Positions 49,600 through 61,754 of a DNA stretch of 64,000 nt are shown here, piece by piece. Within the stretch, counting starts at the first letter, position 1. Every line of letters begins with the position of its first letter. The stretch comes from Mobula hypostoma. Lineage: Eukaryota. Where the stretch lies: the NCBI RefSeq assembly GCF_963921235.1, contig NC_086108.1, forward strand, positions 92,444,001 through 92,508,000, written 5' to 3'. The notes below the pieces were generated by a model that saw nothing but the letters and a program-made list of their open reading frames with translations, made no database searches and was not told the origin of the DNA. The translations under genes were made by a program, and so were the position numbers.

Positions 49600-50800
49600 A
49601 TAAAATGCTATTCCCTTTTCTCAGTTCCTTCATCTCTACCAAATCTGGTCCCAGGATGAGGCTTTCCTTTCCAGGACATTAGAGATGTCCTTCTTCAAAG
49701 AACATGGTTTTACTTCCTCCATCATTGATGCTGCCCTCACTTGCATCTCCTCCATTTCCTAGACATCCACGCTCATCCTATCTTCCCAACACCTTAACAG
49801 GGATAGAGTTCCTCTTACCCTCACCTACCACCCCATGATCTTCACGTCCAACACATCATTCTCTGCAACTTCTGCCATCTTCAACAGGATCCTACCACCA
49901 AACACACCTTCACCTACTTCCCACTACCCCGTAACACACAAAGGAATTGCTCCCCCTGTGATTCCCTTGTCCATTTGTTCCTCCCCACTGATCTCTCTCC
50001 CGGCACTTATTCCTGCAAGCAACAGAAATGCCACACCTACCCATTCTCCTCCTCCCTCACCTTCATTCAGGGCCACAAGCAGTCCTTCCTGCTGAGGCAA
50101 CACTTCACCTGTGAATCTATTGGAGTCATCTCTTATATCAGTACTTCCGATGCGGCCTCCCCCACATTGGTGAGACCTGATGCTTGATGAGCACCTCCGC
50201 TCTATCCGCAAAAAGTGCAATTTCCCAGTAGCCAATCATTTTAATATGACTCCTCATTCTTGTTCCGACATGTTGGTCCAGGGCCTCCTCTTCTTCCACG
50301 GTGAGGCTGCTCTCAGTGTGGAGGGGCAATTCCACATATTCCATCTATGCAGCCTCCAACCTGATGGCATGAACATCGATTTCTCCCTCAGGTAATTTTT
50401 TTCCCTCCCCCTTCCACTCTGCCCTCTTATTTCTTCTCCTCAACCTACCTATCACATCCCCCTATTGCCCCTCCTTCCTTTTCTCCCATGTTCCACCCTA
50501 CGTTCAGCTCCCAGAGACATGCATCCTTTAGCCAGGTCTCAGTGATGGCCACAATATCATACCTGCCAATCTGTAGCTGTACGACAAGATCATTTCTTCT
50601 TCTCCGGTTCTTTACCTTTCCAATCCACATGGTTTCACCTATCATCTTTTTCCTCTTTCCCCAAACCCCCACCTTTTTATTCTGGCATCTTCCCCCTTCA
50701 TTTCTAATCCTGATGAAGAGTCTCAGCCCAAACTGTCGACTGTTCATTAATTTCCATAGATGCTACCTGACCTGCTGAGTTCCTCCAGCATTTGTGCACG
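49600..50800 (+). mobile_element. Penelope 3' fragment (RT thumb, Cys linker, GIY-YIG, pseudo-LTR)
   Basis: PGTYSCKQQKCHTYP…LRQHFTCESIGVI…EHLRSI…PVANHFN…QPDGMNIDFS. Confidence 0.88.
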
Positions 50801-50825
50801 TTGCGGAAGGAAGCACCTTCACAAA

Positions 50826-51356
50826 ACATAGAACAGTACAGCACAGTACAGGCCCTTCGGCCCACAATGTTGTGCCAACCCTTAAACCCTGCCTCCCATA
50901 TAACCCCCCACCTTTAATTCCTCCATATACCTGTCTCGTAGTCTCTCAAACTTCGCTAGTGTATCTGCCTCCACCACTGACTCAGGCAGTGCATTCCACG
51001 CACCAACCACTCTCTGAGTAAAAAACCTTCCTCTAGTATCCCCCTTGAACTTCCCACCCCTTACCTTAAAGCAATGTCCTCTTGTATTGAGCAGTGGTGC
51101 CCTGGGAAAGAGGTGCTGGCTATCCACTCTATCTATTCCTCTTAATATCTTGTATACCTCTATCATGTCTCCTCTCATCCTCCTTCTCTCCAAAGAGTAA
51201 AGCCCAAGCTTCCTTAATCTCTGATCATAATGCATACTTTCTAAACCAGGCAGAATCCTGGTAAATCCCCTCTGTACTCTTTCCAATGCTTCCACATCCT
51301 TCCTATAGTGCGGCGACCAGAACTGGACACAGTACTCCAAGTGTGGCCTAACCACA
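50826..51356 (-). mobile_element. CR1 LINE 3' end, inserted in a Rex1 element
   Basis: VRPHLEYCVQFWSPHYRKDVEALERVQR…FFTQRVVGAWNALP; tail gtactgttctatgt. Confidence 0.92.
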
Positions 51357-53700
51357 AACTCCCACAACCCACGATGACCCTGTGATTACAGTCTCTGAGG
51401 CCAATGTGACAGCATCCTTCAGGAGGGTGAACTCATGTTAGGCATTCACCCCAGATGCGGTACCTGGCTGAGTACTAAAAACTTATACAGATCAACTGGC
51501 TGGAGTGTTTGTCAATATCTTTAGCCTCTTGCTTCGGCAGTCTGAGGTACCCACCAGCTTCAAGCAGGCTTTAATTTTACTAGTGCCTAATGTTACATGC
51601 TCAAGGAGATCTGTTTTTTTTGTGAGAATGATGTAATGGTCTTTTGGAGGTCACCTGGTGTGATTTTCCCGCCGATGTGAGGTCACGTGATGACATGTGC
51701 CCCGTGACTATATAAGGGTCGACTCAGGTGACACAATGGGTTTTTGAGTTTGTAGATTTCCAGGTAGAACGTGTTGTGCTTCTGTTGCATGTTTGTTTTT
51801 GTGACGCAGTTTCATTTTTAAAACGGAAGGTACGTTCTCTTACAAGATATTGTATTTGGACTGGGAATTTGTGGCTGGAAGTGCCAATTTACTCAATTCC
51901 AACAGTTTTGAAGGGAGAGTGAAGAATTCATCGAAGTGAAGGATCAAGAGAAGTCGGCATTGTTTGGCAGTTTAATAAAGAATCGACCTTATTGAGTCTT
52001 TGTCGGAGAGAACCTGCATCAAGATAACTCTTGTAAAAGGGCAATGAGTTCATGCAAAAAGGTGCTCTGTCTGAAAGGAATTTAAGGTCAGTCAATTTAA
52101 ACTGTTTAATTTCGGCATCAGGAATCCTGTGGACAGAACCAGCAGTAAAGGTGCGTCGGTGAAGAACTCGTTCTCCAGAGAAGTCTCTCCCAATTGAATG
52201 CATAAAACTGTTGGACTTTCGAAGTTATATATATATATCTGACTGTATCGCTTTAAGAACTGTTTCCACATTTAACGCTTTAAGAACCAGAGCCGAGTGG
52301 AGTTGATGAACGGCTGCGTACCTGTTAACCTCTGGTTAAAGTTTTCCTTTGTTTTTTTTCTTATCGTTTATACGTGTTTAATAAATGTTTGGCTGTTTTT
52401 ATGTAACCCGTCTCGATTAATATTCATTGTTGCCAGTTACGTAACACTAAGAAAGATGTGGTAACCAAAGACTATTGCCCAGTAGCACTTAAAATAATTG
52501 TGATGAAGTTTTTCGAGAGTTTGGTGACGAAACATATCAATTACTGTCTGAAAAACGACTTGGATCCACTCCAGTTTGGCTGCCATCACATCAGGTCAAC
52601 AGCAGATGCTATTTCATTGCCTCTTCACTCAACCCTGGAAAATCTGGACAGTGAAGATAGGATGCTCTTCATTGACTACAGCCCGGCATTGAATAGAGTC
52701 CCGGGCCTCAGTGCCTCCTTGTGCAAATGGATCTTTCGTCTTCTCACTTGCAGACCCCAGTCGGTTCGAATTGGCAACAACATGTCCTCCACAATCTGCA
52801 TCAGCACAGGTGCACCACCAGGCTGTAGGCTTAGCCCCATGCTCTACTCACTTTATACTTGTGACTATGTGGCTAAGCACAGCTCCAATGCCATATTTAA
52901 GTTCACAGACAACACCAAATTAAGAGTGGTGAGAAATCAGCATTTGGGAGGGAGATTGAAAATCTGGCTGAGTGGTGCCACAACAACCTCTCACTCAATG
53001 TCAGCAAGACCAAAGAGATGATTATTGACTTCAGGAGGGGGGAGCTGGAGGTTCATGAGCCAGTCTTCATCAGGGCATTAGAAGTGGAGAAGATAAGCAA
53101 TTTTAAATTCCTTAATGTTATCATTTTAGAGGATCTGTCCTGGGTCTAGCACATAAGTGCCATTATCAAGAAAGTATGGCAGCACCTCTCCTTTCTTCGA
53201 AGTTTGCGAAGATCTGGCATGTCATCTAAAACTTTGACAAACTTCTATAGATGTGTGGTGGAGAGTATATTGACTGATTGCATCATGGCCTGGTATGGAA
53301 ACACCAATGTCCTTGAATGGAAAATTTCACAAAAATTAATGGATATGGCCTGTCCATTGCAGGCAAAGCCCTTTCCACCACTGAGCACATCTACATGGAG
53401 CACTGTCGCAGCAAAACAGCATCCATCATCAAAGGCCCTCACCATCCTAGTGATGTTCTCTTCTCACTGCTGCCATCGGGAAGAAGGTACAGGAGCCTCA
53501 GGACCCGCACTGCCTGGTTCAGGAACAGTTATTACCCCTTAATCATCGGTCTCTTAAACCAGAGGAGCTACCTTCACTCAACTTCACTTGCCCCTTCACT
53601 GAACTGTTCCCACAACCTATGGACTCACTTTCAAGAATTTTTCATCTCATGTTCTCAGTGTTTATTGCTTACTTTTTATTATTATTATTTCTTTTTTTTC
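51357..53700 (+). mobile_element. Rex1/Babar LINE (RT region to 3' UTR), interrupted by a solo LTR
   Basis: DYCPVAL…LDPLQF…RSTADAI…LFIDYS…STGAPPGC.LSPMLYSLYT; FYRCVVESILT. Confidence 0.9.
51591..52446 (+). mobile_element. Solo LTR (856 bp)
   Basis: Termini tgttac…gtaaca; perfect 4-bp TSD ctaa; TATATAA near 51710 and AATAAA near 52380; splits the Rex1 RT at VPK|K. Confidence 0.9.
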
Positions 53701-53705
53701 TTTTT

Positions 53706-54345
53706 ATATCAGAATCAGGTTTATTATCACCGGCATGTGACGTGAAATTTGTTAACTTAGCAGCAGCAGTTCAATGCAATACATAATACAGAAGAAAATA
53801 TATATATATAATAATAAATTAATCAATCAATTACAGTATGCATATATTGAATTGATTAAAAGTTGTGCAAAAAACAGAAATACTGTATATTAAAAATGTG
53901 AGATTGTGTCCAAGAACTCAATGTCCATTTAGGAATCAGATGACAGAGGGGAAGAAGCTGTTCCTGAATCGCTGAGTGTGTGTCTTCAGGCTTCGGTACC
54001 TCCTACCTGATGGTAACAGTGAGAAAAGGACATGCCCTGGGTGCTGGAGGTCCTTAATAATGGACACTGCCTTTCTGAGACACGGCTCCCCAAAGATGTT
54101 CTGGGTACTTTGTAGGCTAGTACCCAAGATGGAGCTGACTACATTTACAACCCTCTGCAGCTTCCTGTGCAGTAGCCCCTCCATACCAGACAGTGATGCA
54201 ACCTGTCAGAATGCTCTCCACGGTAGAACTATAGAAATTTTTGAGTGTATTTGTTGACATGCCAAATTTCTTCAAACTTCTAGTGAAGTATAGCCGTTGT
54301 CTTGCCTTCTTTATAACTACATTGATATGTTGGGACCATGTTGGG
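53706..54345 (-). mobile_element. Rex1/Babar LINE 3' fragment
   Basis: KLQRVVN…HPGHVLFSLLPSGRRYRSLKTHTQRFRNSFFP; tail aataaacctgattctgat. Confidence 0.88.
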
Positions 54346-54603
54346 ATATGTTACATAGTTTGTTGTCTTTCGCACGTATATTGTTTATCTGTACTATTGG
54401 TGTTGGTCTTGCATTGATTCTATTGGCATTTAACCTTAATGCCCACAAGGGAATGAATCTCAGGATCGTGTATTTTGACAGACAATATATGTACTGTACT
54501 TTGATAATAAATTAACTTTGAATTTTGAATGATGAAAAAGTGTTCATGAACTCCTGGACTTTTCAGAAATCCAATGATGGGCGGTTGAAGCAGCATCTAG
54601 ATC

Positions 54604-55481
54604 ATTGAGTATTAGATTAGATTAGATTCAACTTTATTGTCATTGTGCCGAGTGCAGATACAAAGCCAATGAAATGCAGTTAGCATCTGACCAGAAATGC
54701 AAAGAATAGTGTTATTTACAAAATAACTGCGAATAAAAAAAGTGCTACAGCACACAAATATAAAAGTACTGAGACAGTACAATATGGATGCAATACTGCT
54801 TAGCGCTGTGATGAGAGGTTCAGCAGTGTCACAGCCTCAGGGAAGAAGCTCTTACTGTGCCTGCTGGTGCGGGAGCGGAGGCTCCTGTAGCGCCTATCAG
54901 ATGGGAGGAGAGTAAAAAGTCCATGGTTAGGGTGAGATGCATCCGTGATAATGCTTTTCGCCCTGCCCGGGCAGTGTTTATGGTAGATGTTCTCAATGGT
55001 GGGCAATTGGGTGCCAATAATCCGCTGGGCAGTTTTCACCACACGCTGGAGTGCTTTGCGGTCCGATACGGGACAATTGCCATACCACACTGAGATGCAG
55101 TTGGTGAGTATGCTCTCAATGGTACAGCGGTAAAAGTCCATCAGTATCCTGGGACAGAGGTAAGCTTTCTTCATGCTCCGCAGGAAATAAAGGTGCTGTT
55201 GTGCCTTTTTGATCAGGATGGAGGAGTTCAGAGACCAGGTGAGATCCTCGGAAATGTGGACACCAAGGAATTTGAAGCTTGATACACGCCCACTACAGTT
55301 CCCATGATGTAGATGGGGACGTGAGTGTGACTCCTGGCATGCCTGAAGTCCACAATGATCTCCTTGGTCTTCTGGGTGTTAAGGGCCAGGTGGTTGTCGG
55401 CACACCATGTGGTCAGGTGCTGGACCTCATCCCTGTAGGCCGTCTCGTCATCCCCTCTGATCAGACCAACCACCGTGGTGT
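54604..55481 (-). mobile_element. Younger Rex1/Babar LINE 3' portion with (AATCT)n tail
   Basis: TTVVGLIRGDDETAYRDEV…KTKEIIVDFR; FYRCTIESILTNCISVWYG…SFFPEAVTLLN. Confidence 0.92.
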
Positions 55482-55945
55482 TTTCAGGCTCCTGTACCTC
55501 TTTCCAGGTGGTAGTAATGAGGAAGAGGGCATGTCTCATATGGTGATGTTCCTGAGTGAAGAATACTGTTGTCCTGAGGCACTGCCTCCCGAAGATGTCC
55601 TTGTTTGTTGGGAGGACTGTGTCTGTGATGGATCTGGCTGAGTCTAAAAGCCTCTGGATTGGTATCTCCATACCAGGCTGTGATGCAGCCAGTCAGAAAG
55701 CTCTTTACCCTACATTTATAGAAATTTGCCTCGAAGTCCGGGTGAAGTAGGCGTGCCTTCTTCATGATTGCATCAATGCCTTGGGCCCAGGATAAATCCT
55801 CTGGGGTGTTGACACCCAGGAACAGCAAGCTGCTCACCCTTTCCCTGCCGACCCCTCATTCTTGACTAGTGTCTGTTCTCCCAACTTCCCCTTCTGAAGT
55901 CCACAATCAATTGCTTGGTCTTGCTAATGTTGAGTGTGAGGTTTA
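55482..55945 (-). mobile_element. Older Rex1/Babar fragment
   Basis: FLGVNTPEDLSWAQ…NFYKCRVKSFLTGCITAWYG. Confidence 0.8.
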
Positions 55946-56133
55946 GTGTGGGCCAATTAACATGACTCCATTGTCTGTATGTTTAGCTGGTGCATACAAA
56001 AATGTCTCATGCTCATCTTATTTCATCTCCTCTCAGCCACCTTCCCAGTCCCCTGGCTTCAGCTATCACCTGCCTGCTTGTACTTCTTCCCATCCCCTCA
56101 CCTTCTTATTCTGGATTCTACCACCCCCACCCC

Positions 56134-56169
56134 AGTCCTGAAGAAGGGTCTCGGCCCGAAACATTGACT
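56134..56169 (+). ncRNA. Minimal hammerhead motif in a Penelope pseudo-LTR fragment (about 56030-56235)
   Basis: AGTC-CTGAAGA-a-GGGTC tc GGCCC-GAAAC-ATT-GACT. Confidence 0.75.
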
Positions 56170-57740
56170 ATGTATTCTTGTCCGTAGATGCTGCCTGGCC
56201 TGCTGAGTTCCTCCAGCATTTTGTGTGTGTTGTCTCATGCTTATGTCAGATTACAAACCATAGCTCTTGAGTGGCTTCCTGTTGTGAGCTAGAAGTCAGC
56301 TCCTTAGCTGGTGCTTCAGATTCAGATTAGTTTACTGTGATATAGATCAGGGTGATTGAAATACCTCGCTTGCCTGAAGCTCACACTGTGAAGTGTATAC
56401 AGGATGGTGGGGTCTGCGCCAGAGTCCTGGTTAAGCAAGGTGTTAAAGTGCTCAGCCTACCTCAGCAGAATGGTATTCTGATTCTTCAGAAGTGTTAGAT
56501 CATCTGCTGTTTTCAGGGGAGTAACGCATCCATTTATTGGGCCATAGATGGTTTTGACAGCATTGTAAAAATTATGAATGTCATTATTATCGGCAAAGGA
56601 CTTGATTTAATGTGCCTTTTCAGTCCACCACTCATTTTGTATGGCCTGTATGGCCTTTTGCACTTTCCTCCAAGCTGCCTGATGCTGGTGGATGAAGGCT
56701 TGTCTAAAGTTGCCCGGTATGCTTTGTGCATGTCCTTAAGCAAGTTGTGGATGGTGTCTGAGTTATCGTCAAACCAGTCTTGGTGGTTCCTGCTCTTATG
56801 GCCGATGGATTGGGCTGCTGCCTCACAGAGCGCAGAGCTGATATAGGTCCACTGTTGTTCCATGGTATTTTCTGAGCTGAGACAAAGTTCCAGCTCCCTA
56901 GTTTCTCAGCTAGGATGTGTCAAAACTCACTTCTTGCTTCTGTGTTTCTCAGGCGGTTGCAATTTAGCCGCTTCTTATTGGGTTTTTGCAGCTGCAAGGG
57001 GGACACATGTAAGAGGAAATTCAGGCAGTTTGCCCAGAATGGTGGCACCAGTGCTCTTTAACATCTTCGTCTTGCATGTTACCAAGCTCCTCCACAACGA
57101 GATTGAAGACAGCAGTGGTGTGGCAGTGGACGTCAGATTAGATGGCAACCTCTTTGACTTCAGGAGGCTCCACGCAACCACCAAACTCCGTAGAGAGCAG
57201 GCCCTGGAGCTGCAGTATGCAGGCGACTGTGCTCTTGTGGCCCATACTCCGGAGGATCTTCAGACTGTCCTTCCTGTGGCAGTGAGAGCGTACAGCAGGA
57301 TGGGGCTGACTGTCAATACCACCAAGACAGAAGTGGTTTGCCAATGGAGTACCAGTGTCTCACCCACTCTACCTGCCTTCATTGTTGGTGATGAAAAGCT
57401 TTCAGAAGTGACATCTTTCAAATATCTGGGGAGCATTCTCTCTGAGGATAGCGGCATTGACGACAACATCCAGAGCCACATTAAACAGGCATCAGCTGCC
57501 TTTGGGAGACTTTGGCGTAGAGTCTTTCAGAACAGGAGCCTTCATCCTTCCACAAAGGTCGCCGTATACTAAGCAGTCTGTGTCACCACCCTCCTTTATA
57601 GCTGTGAAGCTTGGGTAACCTATAGCCATCACATCAATTCCATGGAGTGCTTCCACATAAGCTGCCTCCAGCGCATCCTGGGAATTACCTGGCGTGAGCG
57701 GGTGCCTCACACTGAAATACTTGTAAAGACCAGCTGCAGG

Positions 57741-60700
57741 GTTCCGGTGACGTCATCGTTCAGAATGGCAGCTTAGATCAACAGCTCCTCCGGAAAAACA
57801 CATATTTTGCCCCATTAATCCATCAAATGTAAAATCTTTCGAAAATATCTGAATTGATAAGGGGGGCAAGAATGGGGAGAAAGAATGATTTAAAAAAGCA
57901 TCACTGCGGAGCCTATGGAAGAGAGAGGTGCAGCGCGTGGCTTTCCTACACGTGTGCGTGGCGGCGAAGCTGACGTGGGACCTAGTGTAGGCGAAGCAAC
58001 AAATATGAGAATGATTTTGGAAGAGATAAGGGAAGTCCAAAAAGATATAAAACAGCAACTCAATGATATAAAGTCAGAGCTTGCCAAAGTCAATGAGAAA
58101 ATAGCGGTGGCAGAGACTCGAATTGAGAAGATGGAAGATTGCGTGCAAAACGTGGAACAGATACTAAATAAGACGATAAAAATATTAAATCAACAGGAAA
58201 GTAAATTGCTTGACCAGGAGGGAAGATCGCGATGGAAAAACATCAGGATTTATAATGTTCCCGAAGGAGCAGAGGGATTGTCGATGATGGACTTTGTAGA
58301 CAAGATGCTGCGAGAGACGCTGGAGATTCCACAGACTACGGAGATTGAAATTGAAGGAGTGCATCGTTCGCTTGTCCAGCGGCCTCAGGGAGACAGAGAA
58401 GGTAAATAGCGCTCCATAGTATTGAAATTCCGTCGATTCAAGGGTAAGGTGGAGATTCTACGAAGGGCCTGGGGTAAGAAGAGGGTGTTTTAGAACGGGA
58501 AGTTAATGTACTTTGATCATGATTACCCTCCGGCGGTCCTACAGAAATGGAAGGAATACTCCCAAGTGAAACGAATTAAGGGCTTAATTAGGAAGGGGAA
58601 AAATGATTATGAGAGAAAACTGGCAGGGAACATAAAAACTGACTGTAAAAGCTTTTATAGATATGTAAAAAGGAAAAGACTGGTAAAGACAAATGTAGTT
58701 CCCCTACAGACAGAAACAGGTGAATTGATTATGGGGAGCAAGGACATGGCAGATCAATTGAATAATTACTTTGGTTCTGTCTTCACTAAGGAGGACATAA
58801 ATAATCTTCCAGAAATAGTAAGGGACAGAGGGTCCAGTGAGATGGAGGAACTCAGCGAAATACATGTTAGTAGGGAAGTGGTGTTAGGTAAATTGAAGGG
58901 ATTGAAGGCAGATAAATCCCCAGGGCCAGATGGTCTGCATCCTAGAGTGCTTAAGGAAGTAGCCCAAGAAATAGTGGATGCATTAGTGATAATTTTTCAA
59001 AACTTGTTAGATTCTGGACTAGTTCCTGAGGATTGGAGGGTGGCTAATGTAACCCCACTTTTTAAAAAAGGAGGGAGAGAACTATAGACCGGTTAGCCTA
59101 ACGTCGGTGGTGGGGAAACTGCTGGAGTCAGTTATCGAAGATGTGATAACAGCACATTTGGAAAGCGGTGAAATGATCGGACAAAGTCAGCATGGATTTG
59201 TGAAAGGAAAATCATGTCTGACGAATCTCATAGAATTTTTTCAGGATGTAACTAGTAGAGTGGATAGGGGAGAACCAGTGGATGTGGTATATTTGGATTT
59301 TCAAAAGGCTTTTGACAAGGTCCCACTCAGGAGATTAGTGTGCAAACTTAAAGCACACGGTATTGGGGGTAAGGTATTGGTGTGGGTGGAGAATTGGTTA
59401 GCAGACAGGAAGCAAAGAGTGGGAATAAACGGGACCTTTTCAGAATGGCAGGCGGTGACTAGTGGGGTACCGCAAGGCTCAGTGCTGGGACCCCAGTTGT
59501 TTACAATATATATTAATGACTTAGATGAGGGAATTAAATGCAGCATCTCCAAGTTTGCGGATGACACGAAGCTGGGTGGCAGTGTTAGCAGTGAGGAGGA
59601 TGCTAAGAGGATGCAGGGTGACTTGGATAGGTTGGGTGAGCAGGCAAATTCATGGCAGATGCAATTTAATGTGGATAAATGTGAAGTTATCCACTTTGGT
59701 GGCAAAAATAGGAAAACAGATTATTATCTGAATGGTGGCCGATTAGGAAAAGGGGAGGTGCAACGAGACCTGGGTGTCATTATACACCAGTCATTGAAAG
59801 TGGGTATGCAGGTACAGCAGGCGGTGAAAAAGGTGAATGGTATGCTGGCATTTATAGCGAGAGGATTCGAGTACAGGAGCAGGGAGGTACTACTGCAGTT
59901 GTACAAGGCCTTGGTGAGACCACACCTGGAGTATTGTGTGCAGTTTTGGTCCCCTAATCTGAGGAAAGACATCTTTGCCATAGAGGGAGTACAAAGAAGG
60001 TTCACCAGATTGATTCCTGGGATGGCAGGACTTTCATATGAAGAAAGACTGGATGAATTGGGCTTGTACTCGTTGGAATTTAGAAGATTGAGGGGGGATC
60101 TGATTGAAACGTATAAGATCCTAAAGGGATTGGACAGGCTGGAAGATTGTTCCCGATGTTGGGGAAGTCCAGAACGAAGGGTCACAGTTTGAGGATAGAG
60201 GGGAAGCCTTTTAGGACCGAGATTAGGAAAAACTTCTTCACACAGAGAGTGGTGAATCTGTGGAATTCTCTGCCACAGGAAACTGTTGAGGCCAGTTCAT
60301 TGGCTATATTTAAGAGGGAGTTAGATATGGCCCTTGTGGCTACGGGGGTCAGGGGGTATGGAGGGAAGGCTGGGGCGGGGTTCTGAGTTGGATGATCAGC
60401 CATGATCATAATAAATGGCGGTGCAGGCTCGAAGGGCCGAATGGCCTACTCCTGCACCTATCTTCTATGTTTCTATGTTTCTATGAATATTAAAGCAAGA
60501 AAAGATTAAATTCCAAACCCCGTACCTTGCTAAACTGAGGGTATTTTACCAAGAAAGGATGCAACTGTACCAGACGGTGGAGGAGGCAACTACAGACACG
60601 AACAACAGAGGACTGTCCATTAGCGTGGTCAAACCAAGGGAAACTCTGGCTGAGCAGTTGCCCGAGCTGCTTGGGAAACAGTAAGAGAACTTGGAAAGCA

Positions 60701-61754
60701 GGGGATGGGAACAGGACAAGAGAAGGATATTAGGAAGAGACCGTAAGTTCTCCGAGGACAGCACTCACCTCCTCCAGAAGAGCCATAAGGTTTGGCTAAC
60801 TTTAAAAGTGCTGATAAACTAAACAGAAGCAAAAGTAGACGGTGATATACCTACCTTGAGAAATACGTGTTATAATGTGGATTTTACATTACTCCATTTT
60901 TTTAAAAGTTCATTTATTCATTCCTTTCTCCCCACCTAAATGAGAATATATACATGGGAGGGATACACAGGGAAACCATTTCTGTGTAATGAACATAGTT
61001 TTTTTTTACTTACTTTTATAGGTACTGCAACGGGGGCCCTCAACTCACAGGTAGGAGGGGCTATCCCCCACGGCTAGATTTTTCTTCTAGCCCAACCCAG
61101 GGTCATCTAGAGACCCCAGCCTTGGAACCACACCTTCAGTACCTTTTTTTTTATTATTCACTTTTCTTGGTTCTTATTTGTTCAGGGAGTAGATCGATTG
61201 TTATATTCTGCAAATTTCAATGATATACTAACAGATAAATACACTTAGAGAGTAAGACCGTATATTTTGGGTATATACCTCAAGAATGGTTAAAAAGAGA
61301 TAAATATAAATATTTAATGAATGTACTGCTGGTGGCTGGTAAAAAGACCCTAACTAGGAAATGGTCATCTCAGGAGAGCCCAACTTTAAATGTATGGATG
61401 GAAATTACAATTGACATTTACAAAATGGAGAAGATAACAACATCTGCTAATCATTAGTTGGAACAATTTTATTCATACTGGAAAAAATGGTTTAACTACA
61501 TAACACTTCATAGACCTGATTTTATTCTCACAAGTCAATGAATATGTTGTAAAAAAAAAATCACTCCCGACTCTGTACATAGTTTTCTTCTTTTGATTGT
61601 TCTTTCTTTCCTCTTCTTTCTATAAGTTTATACTTCAGATATGTGGAAATTTGTGACAAATATGATTATATGATATATATGTACAGTATCTGAAATACAT
61701 TTTATGGAAATGTTTGTTTGATGATGAAACTCAATAAAAAATAAATTACAAAAA
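57741..61754 (+). mobile_element. L1-clade element retaining ORF1 but lacking almost all of ORF2
   Basis: TSD aaagac(ca/ta)(g/a)ctgcagg; GC-rich 5' end; ORF1 coiled coil and LDQEGRSRWKNIRIYNVPEGAE…YFDHDYP…FQTPY.AKL; ORF2 C-terminal stub at about 61245-61520; AATAAA followed by poly(A). Confidence 0.9.
58577..60484 (+). mobile_element. Young 5'-truncated CR1 LINE inserted in L1 ORF1
   Basis: KSPGPDGLHPRVLKE…YLDFQKAFDKV…SGVPQGSVLGP…KFADDTKL; (TTTCTATG)n tail; gaat duplicated at both junctions; two small deletions break the frame. Confidence 0.95.

Noticed and set aside
59301..60409. Long antisense ORFs over the CR1, and similar ones over the Penelope and Gypsy elements
   Set aside because: Shadow frames opposite transposon coding sequence, with no independent evidence.
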